Part shown: positions 20,565 through 30,896 of the stretch, piece by piece
How positions within the stretch are numbered: position 1 is the first letter of the stretch
How the letters are laid out: the number at the start of each line of letters is the position of its first letter
Assembly: GCA_965215885.1 (NCBI GenBank)
Contig: CBDCEW010000105.1
Span: 160,001-224,000 of the forward strand
Reading direction: 5' to 3'
Length of the DNA: 64,000 bases
Origin: Candidatus Moanibacter sp.
Lineage (GTDB): Bacteria > Verrucomicrobiota > Verrucomicrobiia > Opitutales > UBA2987
Made by a program: the position numbers and the translations under genes
Notes under the pieces: generated by a model
The model's input: the letters and a program-made list of their open reading frames with translations, nothing else
Told to the model about the DNA's origin: nothing
Database searches by the model: none

Positions 20565-21863
20565 ATGGATGTCGTTCGGATCAGGGGTGGCATCCCTCTA
20601 AAGGGGGAAATTCAGGTGAGCGGTGCAAAGAACGCCGCTCTTCCTATCTTTGCCGCAAGTCTACTCACTGACGAGTGCTGCGTGATCGAAAACGTGCCTA
20701 ACCTAAGCGACGTTCGCTTCATGGCGGACATTTTAAGATACCTCGGAGCAGAGGTCGATCAAGTCGAGCATGGCACCTGGCGAATCACAGCGCAATCCGT
20801 AAGACACCGTGCCCCTTATGACCTTGTCCGTAAGATGCGAGCTTCGGTCTGTCTCCTCGGTCCGTTGGTTGCACGCCTTAAGAGGGCGGAGGTTTCTCTT
20901 CCCGGTGGCTGCGTGATCGGCCCAAGGCCGATCGACATCCACTTAAAGGGTTTCGCTAAGCTCGGCTGTGAAGTCACGATCGATCAGGGGTACGTAAAGC
21001 TCGACGGAAAAGGATCGAATGGAAGTGACGTCTTTCTCGGCGGCCGCTTCGGTAGCACCGCTTTGGGAACGGCCAATATTCTCATGGCATCCACTTTGAC
21101 GCCGGGAACTACAACCATTGAAAGTGCGGCATGCGAACCGGAGGTAGTCGATCTGTGCGCTATGCTCAAGAAAATGGGCGCCCGGATCGAAGGAATCGGC
21201 AGCCACCACTTAAGTATCGAGGGTGTTGATAAGTTGCAAGGGTGCACACATCGTATCATTTCCGATCGCATTGAAGCCGGCACTCTTATCGTTGCAGGAG
21301 CGATTACGGGGGGAGATCTGCGTATCAGGGGAGTTTACCCCGAACACCTCTCCGCCCTCTTCGACAAACTGGAGGAAGCGGATGTGGGAATATCAATGGA
21401 ATCTGCTGACTGCGTGAGAACCTACAAAAAGGGTGGAAGGTGTGCCGTTGACGTCGTGACCCTGCCACACCCGGGGTTCCCTACTGACTTGCAAGCGCAA
21501 ATGTGCGCCCTCATGAGCGTCACACCCGGTCTAAGCATCATCACAGAGCGTATCTATCCCAATCGATTTATGCACGTCTCCGAACTACAACGTATGGGCG
21601 CCGACATATCCATTGAGGGTCCAAGCGCAATCGTAAACGGAAGAAGTGGAATATCAGGTGCCCCAGTCATGGCTTCGGATTTAAGGGCGAGCGCTGCGTT
21701 GATCCTGGCGGGGCTTGCCGCTGAAGGCGAAACCTGGGTGCAGAGAGTATACCATCTCGATCGCGGCTACGATAACATCGATGCCAAGCTTCGTGCGGTC
21801 GGCGCCGAAATTGATCGCATGTCAGACGACAAGATGCCAAAGGATCTACAGAGCGCATTCTGA
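20565..21863 (+). CDS. murA: UDP-N-acetylglucosamine 1-carboxyvinyltransferase
   Basis: SGAKNAALP, LPGGCVIGPRP, PGFPTDLQ and HLDRGY motifs. Confidence 0.96.
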   Translation: MDVVRIRGGIPLKGEIQVSGAKNAALPIFAASLLTDECCVIENVPNLSDVRFMADILRYLGAEVDQVEHGTWRITAQSVRHRAPYDLVRKMRASVCLLGPLVARLKRAEVSLPGGCVIGPRPIDIHLKGFAKLGCEVTIDQGYVKLDGKGSNGSDVFLGGRFGSTALGTANILMASTLTPGTTTIESAACEPEVVDLCAMLKKMGARIEGIGSHHLSIEGVDKLQGCTHRIISDRIEAGTLIVAGAITGGDLRIRGVYPEHLSALFDKLEEADVGISMESADCVRTYKKGGRCAVDVVTLPHPGFPTDLQAQMCALMSVTPGLSIITERIYPNRFMHVSELQRMGADISIEGPSAIVNGRSGISGAPVMASDLRASAALILAGLAAEGETWVQRVYHLDRGYDNIDAKLRAVGAEIDRMSDDKMPKDLQSAF

Positions 21864-22897
21864 TGGACCCTCCCGCGAAAGGAACCGACTACCTCACTAC
21901 TGCACTTCGTCGCGACGAGCAACAGGAGGCCGCACTACGTCCTCTCTCCTTTCTCGAATTCACCGGTCAGGCAAAGACCATCGAAAAGCTCAAAATAATT
22001 GTGGGCGCGGCTCGAGCTCGCGGTGACGCCCTTAATCATATACTCCTGAGTGGTCCTCCCGGACTGGGGAAAACCACCCTCGCTTATATTTTGGGAAGCG
22101 AGATGGAAACCGAAGTAAGGCCTACCTCCGGTCCGATTATCGAAAAACCAGGAGATCTCGCCGGAATGCTCACGAACCTGGAGGAAGGCGGTATTCTCTT
22201 CATTGATGAAATCCACCGAATTCCCAAGACAGTAGAGGAGTATCTCTATTCCGCTATGGAAGACTATCGTATCGACATAATGCTCGATCAGGGACCCAAC
22301 GCTCGTAGCGTGAGATTGAACATACCACGCTTCACCCTCATAGGGGCGACCACCAGGATGGGATTATTAACCGCCCCGCTGCGAAGCCGATTTGTTCTCC
22401 AGACTCGCCTGGATTATTACCACCGTGAAGAGCTCCTCTCAATCGTCCATAGGAGCTGTCGCTTGCTTGAAGTACCTATCGACGAGGCGGGCGCAGCCGA
22501 AATAGCAGGGCGCTCACGGGGCACTCCGAGGATTGCTAATAACCTGATCTATTTTGTTCGCGATTTCGCTCAACAACGGGCGGACGGCAAAATTACCAGA
22601 CCAGTAGCCGAAAATGGCCTTGAACTTCTCGAGATTGATAGGCGCGGCCTGGATGAAATGGACAAGCGCATCCTTCGTGTGATGGCGCGGAACTACGACG
22701 GCGGTCCAGTCGGCCTCGGTACTATCGCCGTTGCGGTGGGTGAAGAAGAACACACTCTTGAGGAAGTTCACGAACCCTACCTGATTCAGGAAGGCTTTCT
22801 GAAAAGAACCCCTCAGGGCCGTGTTTTGACACCAAAGGGATTTCAAGCAGTGGGCCTGAAGAGTAAACAGGAAGACGGACAGCTGGGACTATTTTAG
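21863..22897 (+). CDS. ruvB: Holliday junction DNA helicase RuvB
   Basis: GPPGLGKTT, FIDEIHR, GATTR, RGTPRIAN and EPYL motifs. Confidence 0.96.
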   Translation: MDPPAKGTDYLTTALRRDEQQEAALRPLSFLEFTGQAKTIEKLKIIVGAARARGDALNHILLSGPPGLGKTTLAYILGSEMETEVRPTSGPIIEKPGDLAGMLTNLEEGGILFIDEIHRIPKTVEEYLYSAMEDYRIDIMLDQGPNARSVRLNIPRFTLIGATTRMGLLTAPLRSRFVLQTRLDYYHREELLSIVHRSCRLLEVPIDEAGAAEIAGRSRGTPRIANNLIYFVRDFAQQRADGKITRPVAENGLELLEIDRRGLDEMDKRILRVMARNYDGGPVGLGTIAVAVGEEEHTLEEVHEPYLIQEGFLKRTPQGRVLTPKGFQAVGLKSKQEDGQLGLF

Positions 22898-22948
22898 TCC
22901 GGAGCGCAGATTGAACCCTATTAGCCGATCCGGCTTTCCCTCTTCCAT

Positions 22949-23046
22949 TGTCATTGCGAGGTCTGCCGTCTGGCAGACCGAGGCAATCCAGCGCCCCCGA
23001 CACATCGGATTCCTGGATTGCTTCGTCATTCTTTCTCGCAATGACA
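22949..23046. repeat. Multi-stem palindromic element
   Basis: TGTCATTGCGAG...CTCGCAATGACA outer IR, GCAATCCAG/CTGGATTGC inner IR, GGTCTGCC/GGCAGACC hairpin. Confidence 0.8.
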
Positions 23047-23126
23047 CGGGGTGTGCGCTTAGCGGGAGGGAGATTCCAGGTCCGTTAAACCGCTCTAAGG
23101 GCCCGACGGACTTCACCGCCAGGCTC

Positions 23127-23317
23127 CTAGCCCGGACATTTCACACACATCGTAGCGAGAATGCGTAGCTTGCTGCGAATCAAGGCCTTTTCGCAGTCCG
23201 GCGGGTGATCCCGGCCTGCCGGGATTGAAACCCTCTGAGGTCGCCGGGCAAAGGAAGGCTTTGAGGCGCAGTGAGATCCGCAGTCGCAGCAGATGGTTTG
23301 TGAAATATTCGGGCTAG
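23127..23317. repeat. MITE-like repeat family A, copy 2
   Basis: Same termini as 3684-3865; the right CTAG contains the folE2 stop codon. Confidence 0.9.
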
Positions 23318-24294
23318 CAGACAAGACTGCCGAAATCCTCAACGCTCCCTGTAAAGCCTCCGGCCACTCCCTTGCAGACCACCGCAACTGTGTCATGGGA
23401 GTGAAGGGATTCCAGGTGCGCGCAAGCAATTTGAAAGTCAACCAGACGATTTTCCGAATTCAACTTTTCGTAGAGAAGGCGGGCGGCGTCCTCAACAAAT
23501 TTCACGTTGGCTGCGTTGAGTTCGGCAAAGGCCTGTTCGTCCTCACGTTTAACCATCACCTGTGTTTCGGTTCTAAGCGCCTCCACACAAATACCATGCA
23601 AATCTTCGATGGAAAAGAAGGCGCCCGCCCTCACTTCCACGCTAATGCGCGCTTTGCTTCGTTGTGAATGTGGAATAGCGTAAGTGTCGCGCCTCTCCCT
23701 TGCATGTTCAGACAATTCAGAGGAATTCGGACAAACCGAAGAATAGACGAAATCGAAATGAAGCCTTTTGCGGAATCTATCCAAATCGTCGATGATTCCC
23801 TCATAGGAAACATCGTAAAACTGATAGCCCTCTAAATCACTACGCAAACTTTTCTGCAAAAGTGGGCAGGAGAATCGGAGGATCAAATGCGCTCGGCTAC
23901 TTCCCAGGTCCTTTTTCATCCGCAGGAGAATTTCTTCGAGCAGTTCGAGAGTGAAGATGCGCTCTTTGAACTCGTAAAACGTCCGTAATATGCGCGACAT
24001 GTTCACACCCTTCCGATCCGCCCCAAGCGATACTGTGCCCGTAACGGCAATCTCCATTTCTCTCGGCTCATTCGTCGCCATAAGCACTTTGACGGGGAGT
24101 CGAAAATTCGATGCCCCGACCTGCAATATCGGTACATTTGCTCCCTGAATATGGGCGCCTGTTCTGTTCTGCAGATCCGGCAACGAATCGCGATAGGCCG
24201 GAGTGGCCACGAAATCTTCGTCGTAACGGCGATGCAGAATCTGGCCACCCTCTTCCTCCCGGGCGGATAGACTGGGTTCCTTTTCCGTGTTCAT
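23314..24294 (-). CDS. folE2: GTP cyclohydrolase FolE2 (type IB)
   Basis: [33 protein letters not shown] and ESLHSH motifs. Confidence 0.9.
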   Translation of the reverse strand: MNTEKEPSLSAREEEGGQILHRRYDEDFVATPAYRDSLPDLQNRTGAHIQGANVPILQVGASNFRLPVKVLMATNEPREMEIAVTGTVSLGADRKGVNMSRILRTFYEFKERIFTLELLEEILLRMKKDLGSSRAHLILRFSCPLLQKSLRSDLEGYQFYDVSYEGIIDDLDRFRKRLHFDFVYSSVCPNSSELSEHARERRDTYAIPHSQRSKARISVEVRAGAFFSIEDLHGICVEALRTETQVMVKREDEQAFAELNAANVKFVEDAARLLYEKLNSENRLVDFQIACAHLESLHSHDTVAVVCKGVAGGFTGSVEDFGSLVC

Positions 24295-24455
24295 CTCAAA
24301 GACAAAATCGCTCAAGTCAGGCTAATACCCACTTCCAGTAAAGGATCCATTCTGAATCGACTGCAAGCACGGAAATTCACTCAAACTGTCTGCCGGCGGG
24401 AACGTATTATCCCGATGTCCATCCGCTGGCTGCACAAAAGGTGAATTCTCGTCTA

Positions 24456-24505
24456 GCTACTGCAAATCTTTATGATCCGATCGGATCATAAAGATTTGCA
24501 GTAGC
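24456..24505. repeat. Perfect 50-bp palindrome without spacer
   Basis: GCTACTGCAAATCTTTATGATCCGA|TCGGATCATAAAGATTTGCAGTAGC. Confidence 0.95.
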
Positions 24506-24629
24506 ATAGATTGTCTATGGAAGGCATGCCAATTCATTTCGGTCTAGCCCGGACATTTCACACACTTCGTAGCGAGACGGCGTAGATCGCTGCGTGTCAA
24601 TGCCTTTCCGAAGCACGGCGGGCGACAGT

Positions 24630-26523
24630 CAGGGTAAAAGGATTCCAGGAAGCAACTAGCTGATAAGCAAGAAGATAAAAAAAGAGCTAAACAAACCCGA
24701 GGGAATCAGTCATGTTAAGATGGGATGAAAGACAAAAAATCTTACCAACTGAATCCTTCGATAGATCGTTTAACTCTGCGTCTGGTCCTGCCCGAAGAGC
24801 AGGAGCGATTCAATGATCTATTGAAACAACATCATTATTTACACAGTGCGGGCAGCGCAGGAGAGACCCTGCGCTATGTGGCGCAGATCGACGGGCAATG
24901 GATGGGCCTGCTCTTGTGGGGGGCCGCATCCTACCGGCTGAAGGATCGAGACGAATGGATCGGGTGGGACGGGGCGCAACGGCATGCACGATTGAAACTG
25001 GTAGTACAGAACCGGCGTTTTCTGATTTTGCCCGGGGTGGATCTTGCAAATTTGGCCTCCAAGACGTTGGGTATGTGCCTGAGAGTCTTAGCCGATCACT
25101 GGCAGGAGGCTTTTGGCTATCGTCCCTTAGTAGCGGAAACGTTCGTGGACCCACAGATTCACCGGGGCACTTGCTACGAAGCGAGCGGGTGGACGCCCTT
25201 GGGCTTGAGCGCGGGATATGGCCGCCAACGCGAAGATTTCTATCAACGCCATGAGCGTCCCAAGCAGATCTGGGTCAAACCCCTCAAGGCTAATGCCCTT
25301 GAGCTTTTGCGCGCTTCAGGGCCATTGCCCGCGGCACAGAGCCAGGCGCTCAATGAAACCGATAACTCCCATGCGGTCTGCCTCAAAGTGGAACAGATGA
25401 GCAGCCTGTGGGAACGCTTCAATCAGATAGAAGACTTCCGTCGTAAAGCGGGCCTTAGATATCGGCTCGCCACGGTCCTGAGCATGATTGTGCTCGGCAC
25501 GATGTGCGGCAAACAGACCCTCAAGGGCATCGTGCGCCTGGCCCATCATCTCAATCAAGCCCAATTGCGCGCCTTACGCTCCTGGAAAAACCCCAAAACA
25601 GGCCGCTATAAGGCCCCTTGCTATGATGTCTTCTATCGGGTCTTGCAAAACGTAAAGGCCGAGCTCTTCGATAAAACCCTCACCGAATTCATCTGCTTAC
25701 AAGACGGCTGTTTGCCCCGCGATATTGCCGTCGACGGCAAGACCCTCAAAGGCACAAACACCGAAGAATCAAAGGCTCTGCACCTGGTGGCCGCAGTCGA
25801 TCACCAAAGCGCTCAAACCTTAGCCCAAGTCGCTACCGCCGATAAATCCAACGAGATCACCGCCGCCCAGACTCTCTTGCGAAAGATGCCCATTTTGGAC
25901 GGCTCCACCTTCACCTTCGACGCCATGCATAATCAAAAAGAAACTGCCCACATCGTCGTCGAAGAACTCAGTGCTGACTATGTTATTCAAATTAAAGACA
26001 ATCAGCCCAACATGCATCAATACGCTCAGAATCTCTTCAGCTCCACCCCCTTTTTCTCCACCAAACCGTGGACAATGACCATGGGCGACTCGAAATACGT
26101 CAAATAGCAACCCATTCTCTAAGCGCTCCCTCTGCCGGCCTGCCCCATGCCCGCCAGTTCGCCTGTGTGCAACGCACCTTCCATTATCCAAACAAAGCTG
26201 AACCTTCCTCTGAACGCTCTTACTACGTAAGCAGTCTCGATCCCGCCGATTTGAGCCCTCAACAGTTCCTCTCGAAAATTCGCAACCATTGGTCGATCGA
26301 AAATAAAAATCATTACCCCAGGGATCGCTTCTTCGATGAAGATCGATGTATGATCCGTAATCATAACGCAGCCAGAATTCTTGCTGCATGCAGGCAACTG
26401 GTTCTCAGCCTCAAGTCTTCCATGGGCGCTGAATCCACTCCCGCACTCTGTGATGATTTCGTCTTTAACTTACATAAGGCCATCAATATCATCACCTAAT
26501 GCTCCGAGAATCAAAATACCGTG
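24630..26523 (+). mobile_element. ISAs1-family insertion sequence
   Basis: Starts CAGGG; imperfect IR (CAGGGTAAAAGGATTC vs CACGGTATTTTGATTC); target duplication GGGCGACAGT/GTGCGACAGT (9 of 10 match). Confidence 0.88.
24725..26499 (+). CDS. ISAs1 transposase with N-terminal DUF4338-like domain, in two frames (24725-26107 and 26068-26499)
   Basis: AVDGKTL, KSNEI, DAMH and IKDNQP in ORF1; HGRLEIR, RNHWSIEN and FDED in ORF2 (-1 frame). Confidence 0.85.
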
Positions 26524-26815
26524 GTGCGACAGTGTGTTAAGACCTTCTGAGGTCGCCGGGCAAGGGAAGGCATTGACACGGTGTGAGATCCGTCGTCGTA
26601 GCAGAAGATTTGTGAAATTTTCGGGCTAGCGGAGGTGGTGAGACTCCCGGCGGCAAGAATCTGAAAAAAACAGGAGAATTACTTTGCTGAAGAGAAGGAA
26701 TTGTAATCCTGTAACCCAGAATCGTTCTCATGTTATCCTTGATGTTCTCTGTAGACCGCGTTCCCTCGGAGGGATTTGCAGACTAGGAGCTTGTCAGACT
26801 TTGCCGAACCCCCCG

Positions 26816-27619
26816 ATGGGAATGCAGTTTAGAATCCTGGGCAGCAGCAGTTCCGGAAACAGTGGTCTCCTCGTAACGGAAAACTGTAGGATTCTTATCG
26901 ACGCTGGGTTTTCCTCCCGTCGCATCGCCGCCCTACTCGAGGAGTGTGGAGAAAAGCTGGAAAACATCGACGCTGTTTTTCTCACCCATGAGCACAATGA
27001 CCACTCCGCCGGTCTCACGGGGATTTCGCGTTTGCCAAACATTGAGACCTTCGCGAACTATTCAACAGCCCAGGCCGTCCAAAGTAGCTTAAAGAGACGA
27101 GCCAATTGGCAGATTTTCGAAACCGGACAAACCTTCAATTTTCGCGACCTTGAGATCACATCCTTTTCCATACCCCACGACGCATACGATCCGGTAGGAT
27201 TCGTTTTCAGTCAGGGTGGAGGCGATCTCTTCAACCCCCGGCGCTCCATCGCGTGGTGTATCGACCTCGGCCATATCCCTCGCCTCGTGCGCGAACGAGC
27301 CAGGAGAGCGGATCTGCTGGTCCTCGAGGCCAACTATGAGACGAGGCTACTCGATGAAGATCCACGCCGGCCCTGGTCCGTGAAACAACGTATCAAAAGT
27401 CGGCACGGTCACCTCTCCAACGAAACCGTTAGAGACTTCATCTACGGTGAAGAAAGGCCGAACTGGAAGAAGGTGTATCTCGCGCATCTGAGCCGGGATT
27501 GCAACGACATCTCAATCCTCGCGGATATGTTCTGCGGAAAAGAGAATTCCGACGAGAGAGGATATGCCGTCAGCATCGTGGATCCCAATTCGGGCGCTTC
27601 CCCACCCTATAACCTTTAG
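26816..27619 (+). CDS. MBL-fold hydrolase, YycJ/WalJ-like
   Basis: LGSSSSGN, THEHNDH, PHDA, LEANY, GHLSN and AHLS motifs. Confidence 0.88.
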   Translation: MGMQFRILGSSSSGNSGLLVTENCRILIDAGFSSRRIAALLEECGEKLENIDAVFLTHEHNDHSAGLTGISRLPNIETFANYSTAQAVQSSLKRRANWQIFETGQTFNFRDLEITSFSIPHDAYDPVGFVFSQGGGDLFNPRRSIAWCIDLGHIPRLVRERARRADLLVLEANYETRLLDEDPRRPWSVKQRIKSRHGHLSNETVRDFIYGEERPNWKKVYLAHLSRDCNDISILADMFCGKENSDERGYAVSIVDPNSGASPPYNL

Positions 27620-27628
27620 AAATCTGTC

Positions 27629-28276
27629 TCACTCTGAAGCTGCAATTTCTTTGCCTATATATGCCTCAGCTCGTGTCCAACTGGCGAGATTATCCACGTC
27701 CTCCAGCGACTCGAGGATTTGGACAGTCAAGCCGGCCTCTTTGATTCTCTCCAGGGTAACTCGGAACGCCCCATCCGTGCTCCAGGGAATATCCTCAAAT
27801 AGGCAAGGGTGCATGGTCTGCATTCCAAGCAGGTAGTATCCTCCGTCTGTGGCTGGCCCAATGACCGCGTCACTCGTGCGCATCGCCACAGAGGCTTTCC
27901 CGACCACACTACATGTCACATAGGGGCAATCACCTCCGAGCAGTATTACGGTCTCGGCACTTCGCTCAAAGGAGGAGCGGACAGCCTCCTCCATTCGAGC
28001 ACCGAGATCTCCTTCCCTCTGCGGGAAGAACTGGTGGTCTTCACCCAGCCAGGAACACATAAGATCCAAGGCATCCGAAGGTGCGTAATGGACTTCATAA
28101 GGATAGTGAGGAGCGAGTTGATCGAAGAGATACTCCGCCATTTTCTGATAGGCGATAAGGGCCCGAACCTCCCCGATTTCTTCGGCCAGGCGGGTTTTTA
28201 CACTCCCCACAATGGGCGCTTTAAGTATAAAAAGAAGCGTTGGATTCAGCGCCATTCTAATGTTCCACAATTCCAA
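27629..28276 (-). CDS. DUF2064/TIGR04282-type glycosyltransferase-like protein
   Basis: VKTRL, GDLGARM, GGDCP, GPATDGGYYLLG, WST and DVD motifs. Confidence 0.85.
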   Translation of the reverse strand: MELWNIRMALNPTLLFILKAPIVGSVKTRLAEEIGEVRALIAYQKMAEYLFDQLAPHYPYEVHYAPSDALDLMCSWLGEDHQFFPQREGDLGARMEEAVRSSFERSAETVILLGGDCPYVTCSVVGKASVAMRTSDAVIGPATDGGYYLLGMQTMHPCLFEDIPWSTDGAFRVTLERIKEAGLTVQILESLEDVDNLASWTRAEAYIGKEIAASE

Positions 28277-28298
28277 TAAGAGACAGCGGATCGAGACT

Positions 28299-29462
28299 CT
28301 AATTCACTTTCAAAAGCGCGCCTTTCAAATACTCACTCTCAGGAAGGTTCAGCAGAACGGGGTGATCCGCGGGCTGGCCCATTCGTCTTAAGAGCGTAAC
28401 CTCGACATTCGCATCGGCGGCTGCCTCATTGAGCATTCCCATAAAGACCGGCCGGGTAACATGCCTCGAGCATGAGTATGTCGCCAGTATCCCTCCCTTC
28501 GTCAGCATAGCCATGGCTCTAAGATTCAGTTCCTTGTAACCACGCAAAGCGCCCCTAACGGACGACCGGTTCCTGGCGAATGAGGGGGGATCAAGAACGA
28601 TAAGATCAAACGTCAAGCCACGGTTGGAGGTGAAGAAGTCAAACAGATTTTCGCTCCGAAAGACAATCTCCAATCCGTTCTTCTCGGCGTTCTGTCCTGC
28701 CACTGTTATGGCGCTTTCCGAAATATCGATGCCGACTGTCGAGGCCGCCCCGGCAGCTGCACAATGAAGAGCAAACGCTCCCTGGTTACAGAACCCATCG
28801 AGCACCCGACGACCCTTCGCGAAAGACGCCACGCTCAGATGCTGCCTGCGCTGATCCATATAGAAACCCGTCTTATTCCCCTTCTCGAGATCGAGAAAGT
28901 ATTCCATCCCTTCGATCTTAAACCAACGGGGCTGAAATGAATTGGAGCTTAGAGTGCGAACTTCCCGTTCTAGACCTTCATACTTGCGCGCGGGAGCATC
29001 GTTTCGAAAAATAACCTCCTCGGGAGCAAGTTGCTCCTCCAGCACCTCGGCAATTTCCGATTGGCGCATGTCAACCGCCTTTGTCAGGAACTGAACCACT
29101 AAATTACGATCGTACTGATCGATGACCAGGCCCGGAAGGTGATCGGCTTCCGACCAAACAATCCTCCGGAAGGGTTCCTCTTTCCGTTTGCCAATGGCCT
29201 GTTCAATCGCGTCCTTCAAGAAGCTCTTATCAAAGGGCTTATCGGGCGTTTTGCTGAATCGCCGCCAGACAATCTGCGAGGTGCGGTTATAGATTCCCGA
29301 TCCCAAGGCCCGACCGCGAAAATCCTTCAGCGTCACGCCGAGACCGTCAAATTCCGAAGGGAACAGCTCACACACTTCGTTGGCAAAGACCCAGGGATGT
29401 CCTTGCAGCACCCGCGGTCTAGAGCCGGGTTTAAGCCGCAGATATGCGGATTTCGAGGCCAT
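28299..29462 (-). CDS. RlmI-like SAM-dependent rRNA methyltransferase
   Basis: GHPWVF, SEADHLPG, KTGFYMDQR, VLDPPSF and TYSCS motifs. Confidence 0.9.
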   Translation of the reverse strand: MASKSAYLRLKPGSRPRVLQGHPWVFANEVCELFPSEFDGLGVTLKDFRGRALGSGIYNRTSQIVWRRFSKTPDKPFDKSFLKDAIEQAIGKRKEEPFRRIVWSEADHLPGLVIDQYDRNLVVQFLTKAVDMRQSEIAEVLEEQLAPEEVIFRNDAPARKYEGLEREVRTLSSNSFQPRWFKIEGMEYFLDLEKGNKTGFYMDQRRQHLSVASFAKGRRVLDGFCNQGAFALHCAAAGAASTVGIDISESAITVAGQNAEKNGLEIVFRSENLFDFFTSNRGLTFDLIVLDPPSFARNRSSVRGALRGYKELNLRAMAMLTKGGILATYSCSRHVTRPVFMGMLNEAAADANVEVTLLRRMGQPADHPVLLNLPESEYLKGALLKVN

Positions 29463-29512
29463 GATTCTCTGGAATCCTGCAATTTTGGAATGTTGGGAAA
29501 GCAAAAATCACA

Positions 29513-30625
29513 TCACAACGCGCGGCGATGGAGCCATAGCGAAACGATCAACATGATGACGTTGGGAGCCCACGCCGCCACAGACGGCACAATCAGGCCA
29601 CGTTCTCCGAGCAATGTAGCGAGATTGTCCACCAGATAATAAGCAAAGAACAAACCGATCGATTTAGACACTCCGACCATAGGATTTACACGTACTCCAG
29701 CAACCGCAAACGGGACTGCTAACCCTACTACGATTAATGCACTAACGGGATTGGCGAGAATGCGATTGTAGCGAACCTCATATCCCGGAATGCGGGGATC
29801 TCCACCCCCGGATAACTTCTCGAGGATGCGGGTCAATTCATTCAGAGACAGATCTTTCGGACGCTTTTCCAGGGATTTCATTAGAGAAGGATCCTCCTTA
29901 AACTGGGACAAGACCATTTCGTCATACGGCAGAGAACGGATCGGTTCATTTGTCTCTACATCGAAGGTAATCTCGCGGCCATGGAGAAAGACCCAATTCT
30001 GATCGAGATCATCATAATACCCTTCGTTGGCCACAAATCGATTCGTCTCATGATTCCCGGCGTCCATCAGCGACACCGTTATACCGTAACCGCGGTAGGT
30101 GTACTCACTGAATCGGTTCATAAACCATAGTCGCCTCTCCTTGTGGTTGAAGAACGTAAGAGTAAAGATCAGTCCTACATCTTTGGACGAACTTTCGGAC
30201 AATTCGTGGGAGTATCTGAACTCTTCAGAGATCCTCCGTGCCTGTTCCACCGACCATGGCACCAAATGGGCGTTAAGGTAAAACAGCCCCACAGCAGTAA
30301 AGAGTCCCGCAAGCCATAAGGTACGGGAAATTCGCAAAAGGCTCAAACCACTGGCATGCATTGCCATTATCTCGTTGTTCCGATGCAAGGTTCCCAGACT
30401 AAAGAGAATCGATATCATAAGAGACAGGGGAAGTACCGTGGGTAGAAAGCTAGGTATGAGCACCCCATAATACTTCACTAAGTCTTTCAACCCGGCACCA
30501 TATCCAAGATGATCCCCCAAATCGTCATTCATGTCCTCCAATAGGAGCAGGGCCAAAGTCACACCCAAAGCGAGAGAAAAAACCTTCAGCCACTCCATGA
30601 AAATATGGCGGTCGATCGTGCTCAT
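29513..30625 (-). CDS. LptF/LptG-family permease
   Basis: IDRHIF start, LHRNNEIMAMHASGLS, and AAWAPN C-terminus. Confidence 0.88.
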   Translation of the reverse strand: MSTIDRHIFMEWLKVFSLALGVTLALLLLEDMNDDLGDHLGYGAGLKDLVKYYGVLIPSFLPTVLPLSLMISILFSLGTLHRNNEIMAMHASGLSLLRISRTLWLAGLFTAVGLFYLNAHLVPWSVEQARRISEEFRYSHELSESSSKDVGLIFTLTFFNHKERRLWFMNRFSEYTYRGYGITVSLMDAGNHETNRFVANEGYYDDLDQNWVFLHGREITFDVETNEPIRSLPYDEMVLSQFKEDPSLMKSLEKRPKDLSLNELTRILEKLSGGGDPRIPGYEVRYNRILANPVSALIVVGLAVPFAVAGVRVNPMVGVSKSIGLFFAYYLVDNLATLLGERGLIVPSVAAWAPNVIMLIVSLWLHRRAL

Positions 30626-30762
30626 TGAACAGGAAATCCCACAAGATTTCCGGTTCAACAGCAATACCGCAACTGAATAGTTTGCTAGTTTACCATTTAT
30701 GAAAATGAGACCTCAAATTCTGGACCCTCCTCTGGCAGACTTTAGGGTCGTACGCGTTTACT

Positions 30763-30892
30763 GATTCTGCTGAAAACCCCGCGTTCTTGCGAAAGCGGCT
30801 ACGGAGCTTCGTAAGTCGATGATATATGTAGCCGCCCTGCCGTACGGCAGGGAGGTCACAGATGCCGAAACGAAAACTTTTTCAGCGGAATC
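30763..30892. repeat. MITE-like repeat family C, copy 2
   Basis: GATTCTGCTGAAAA...TTTTCAGCGGAATC termini; its right end is the IS4 target site. Confidence 0.8.
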
Positions 30893-30896
30893 TTTA

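Larger units (their letters stand above)
24544..26629. repeat. MITE-like repeat family A, copy 3, split by the ISAs1 insertion
   Basis: Left half 24544-24629 and right half 26524-26629 rejoin to match copy 1. Confidence 0.9.

Noticed and set aside
24725..25350. Druantia defence system
   Set aside because: The DruA-like domain is fused to a transposase inside IS boundaries; no DruE helicase or other dru genes
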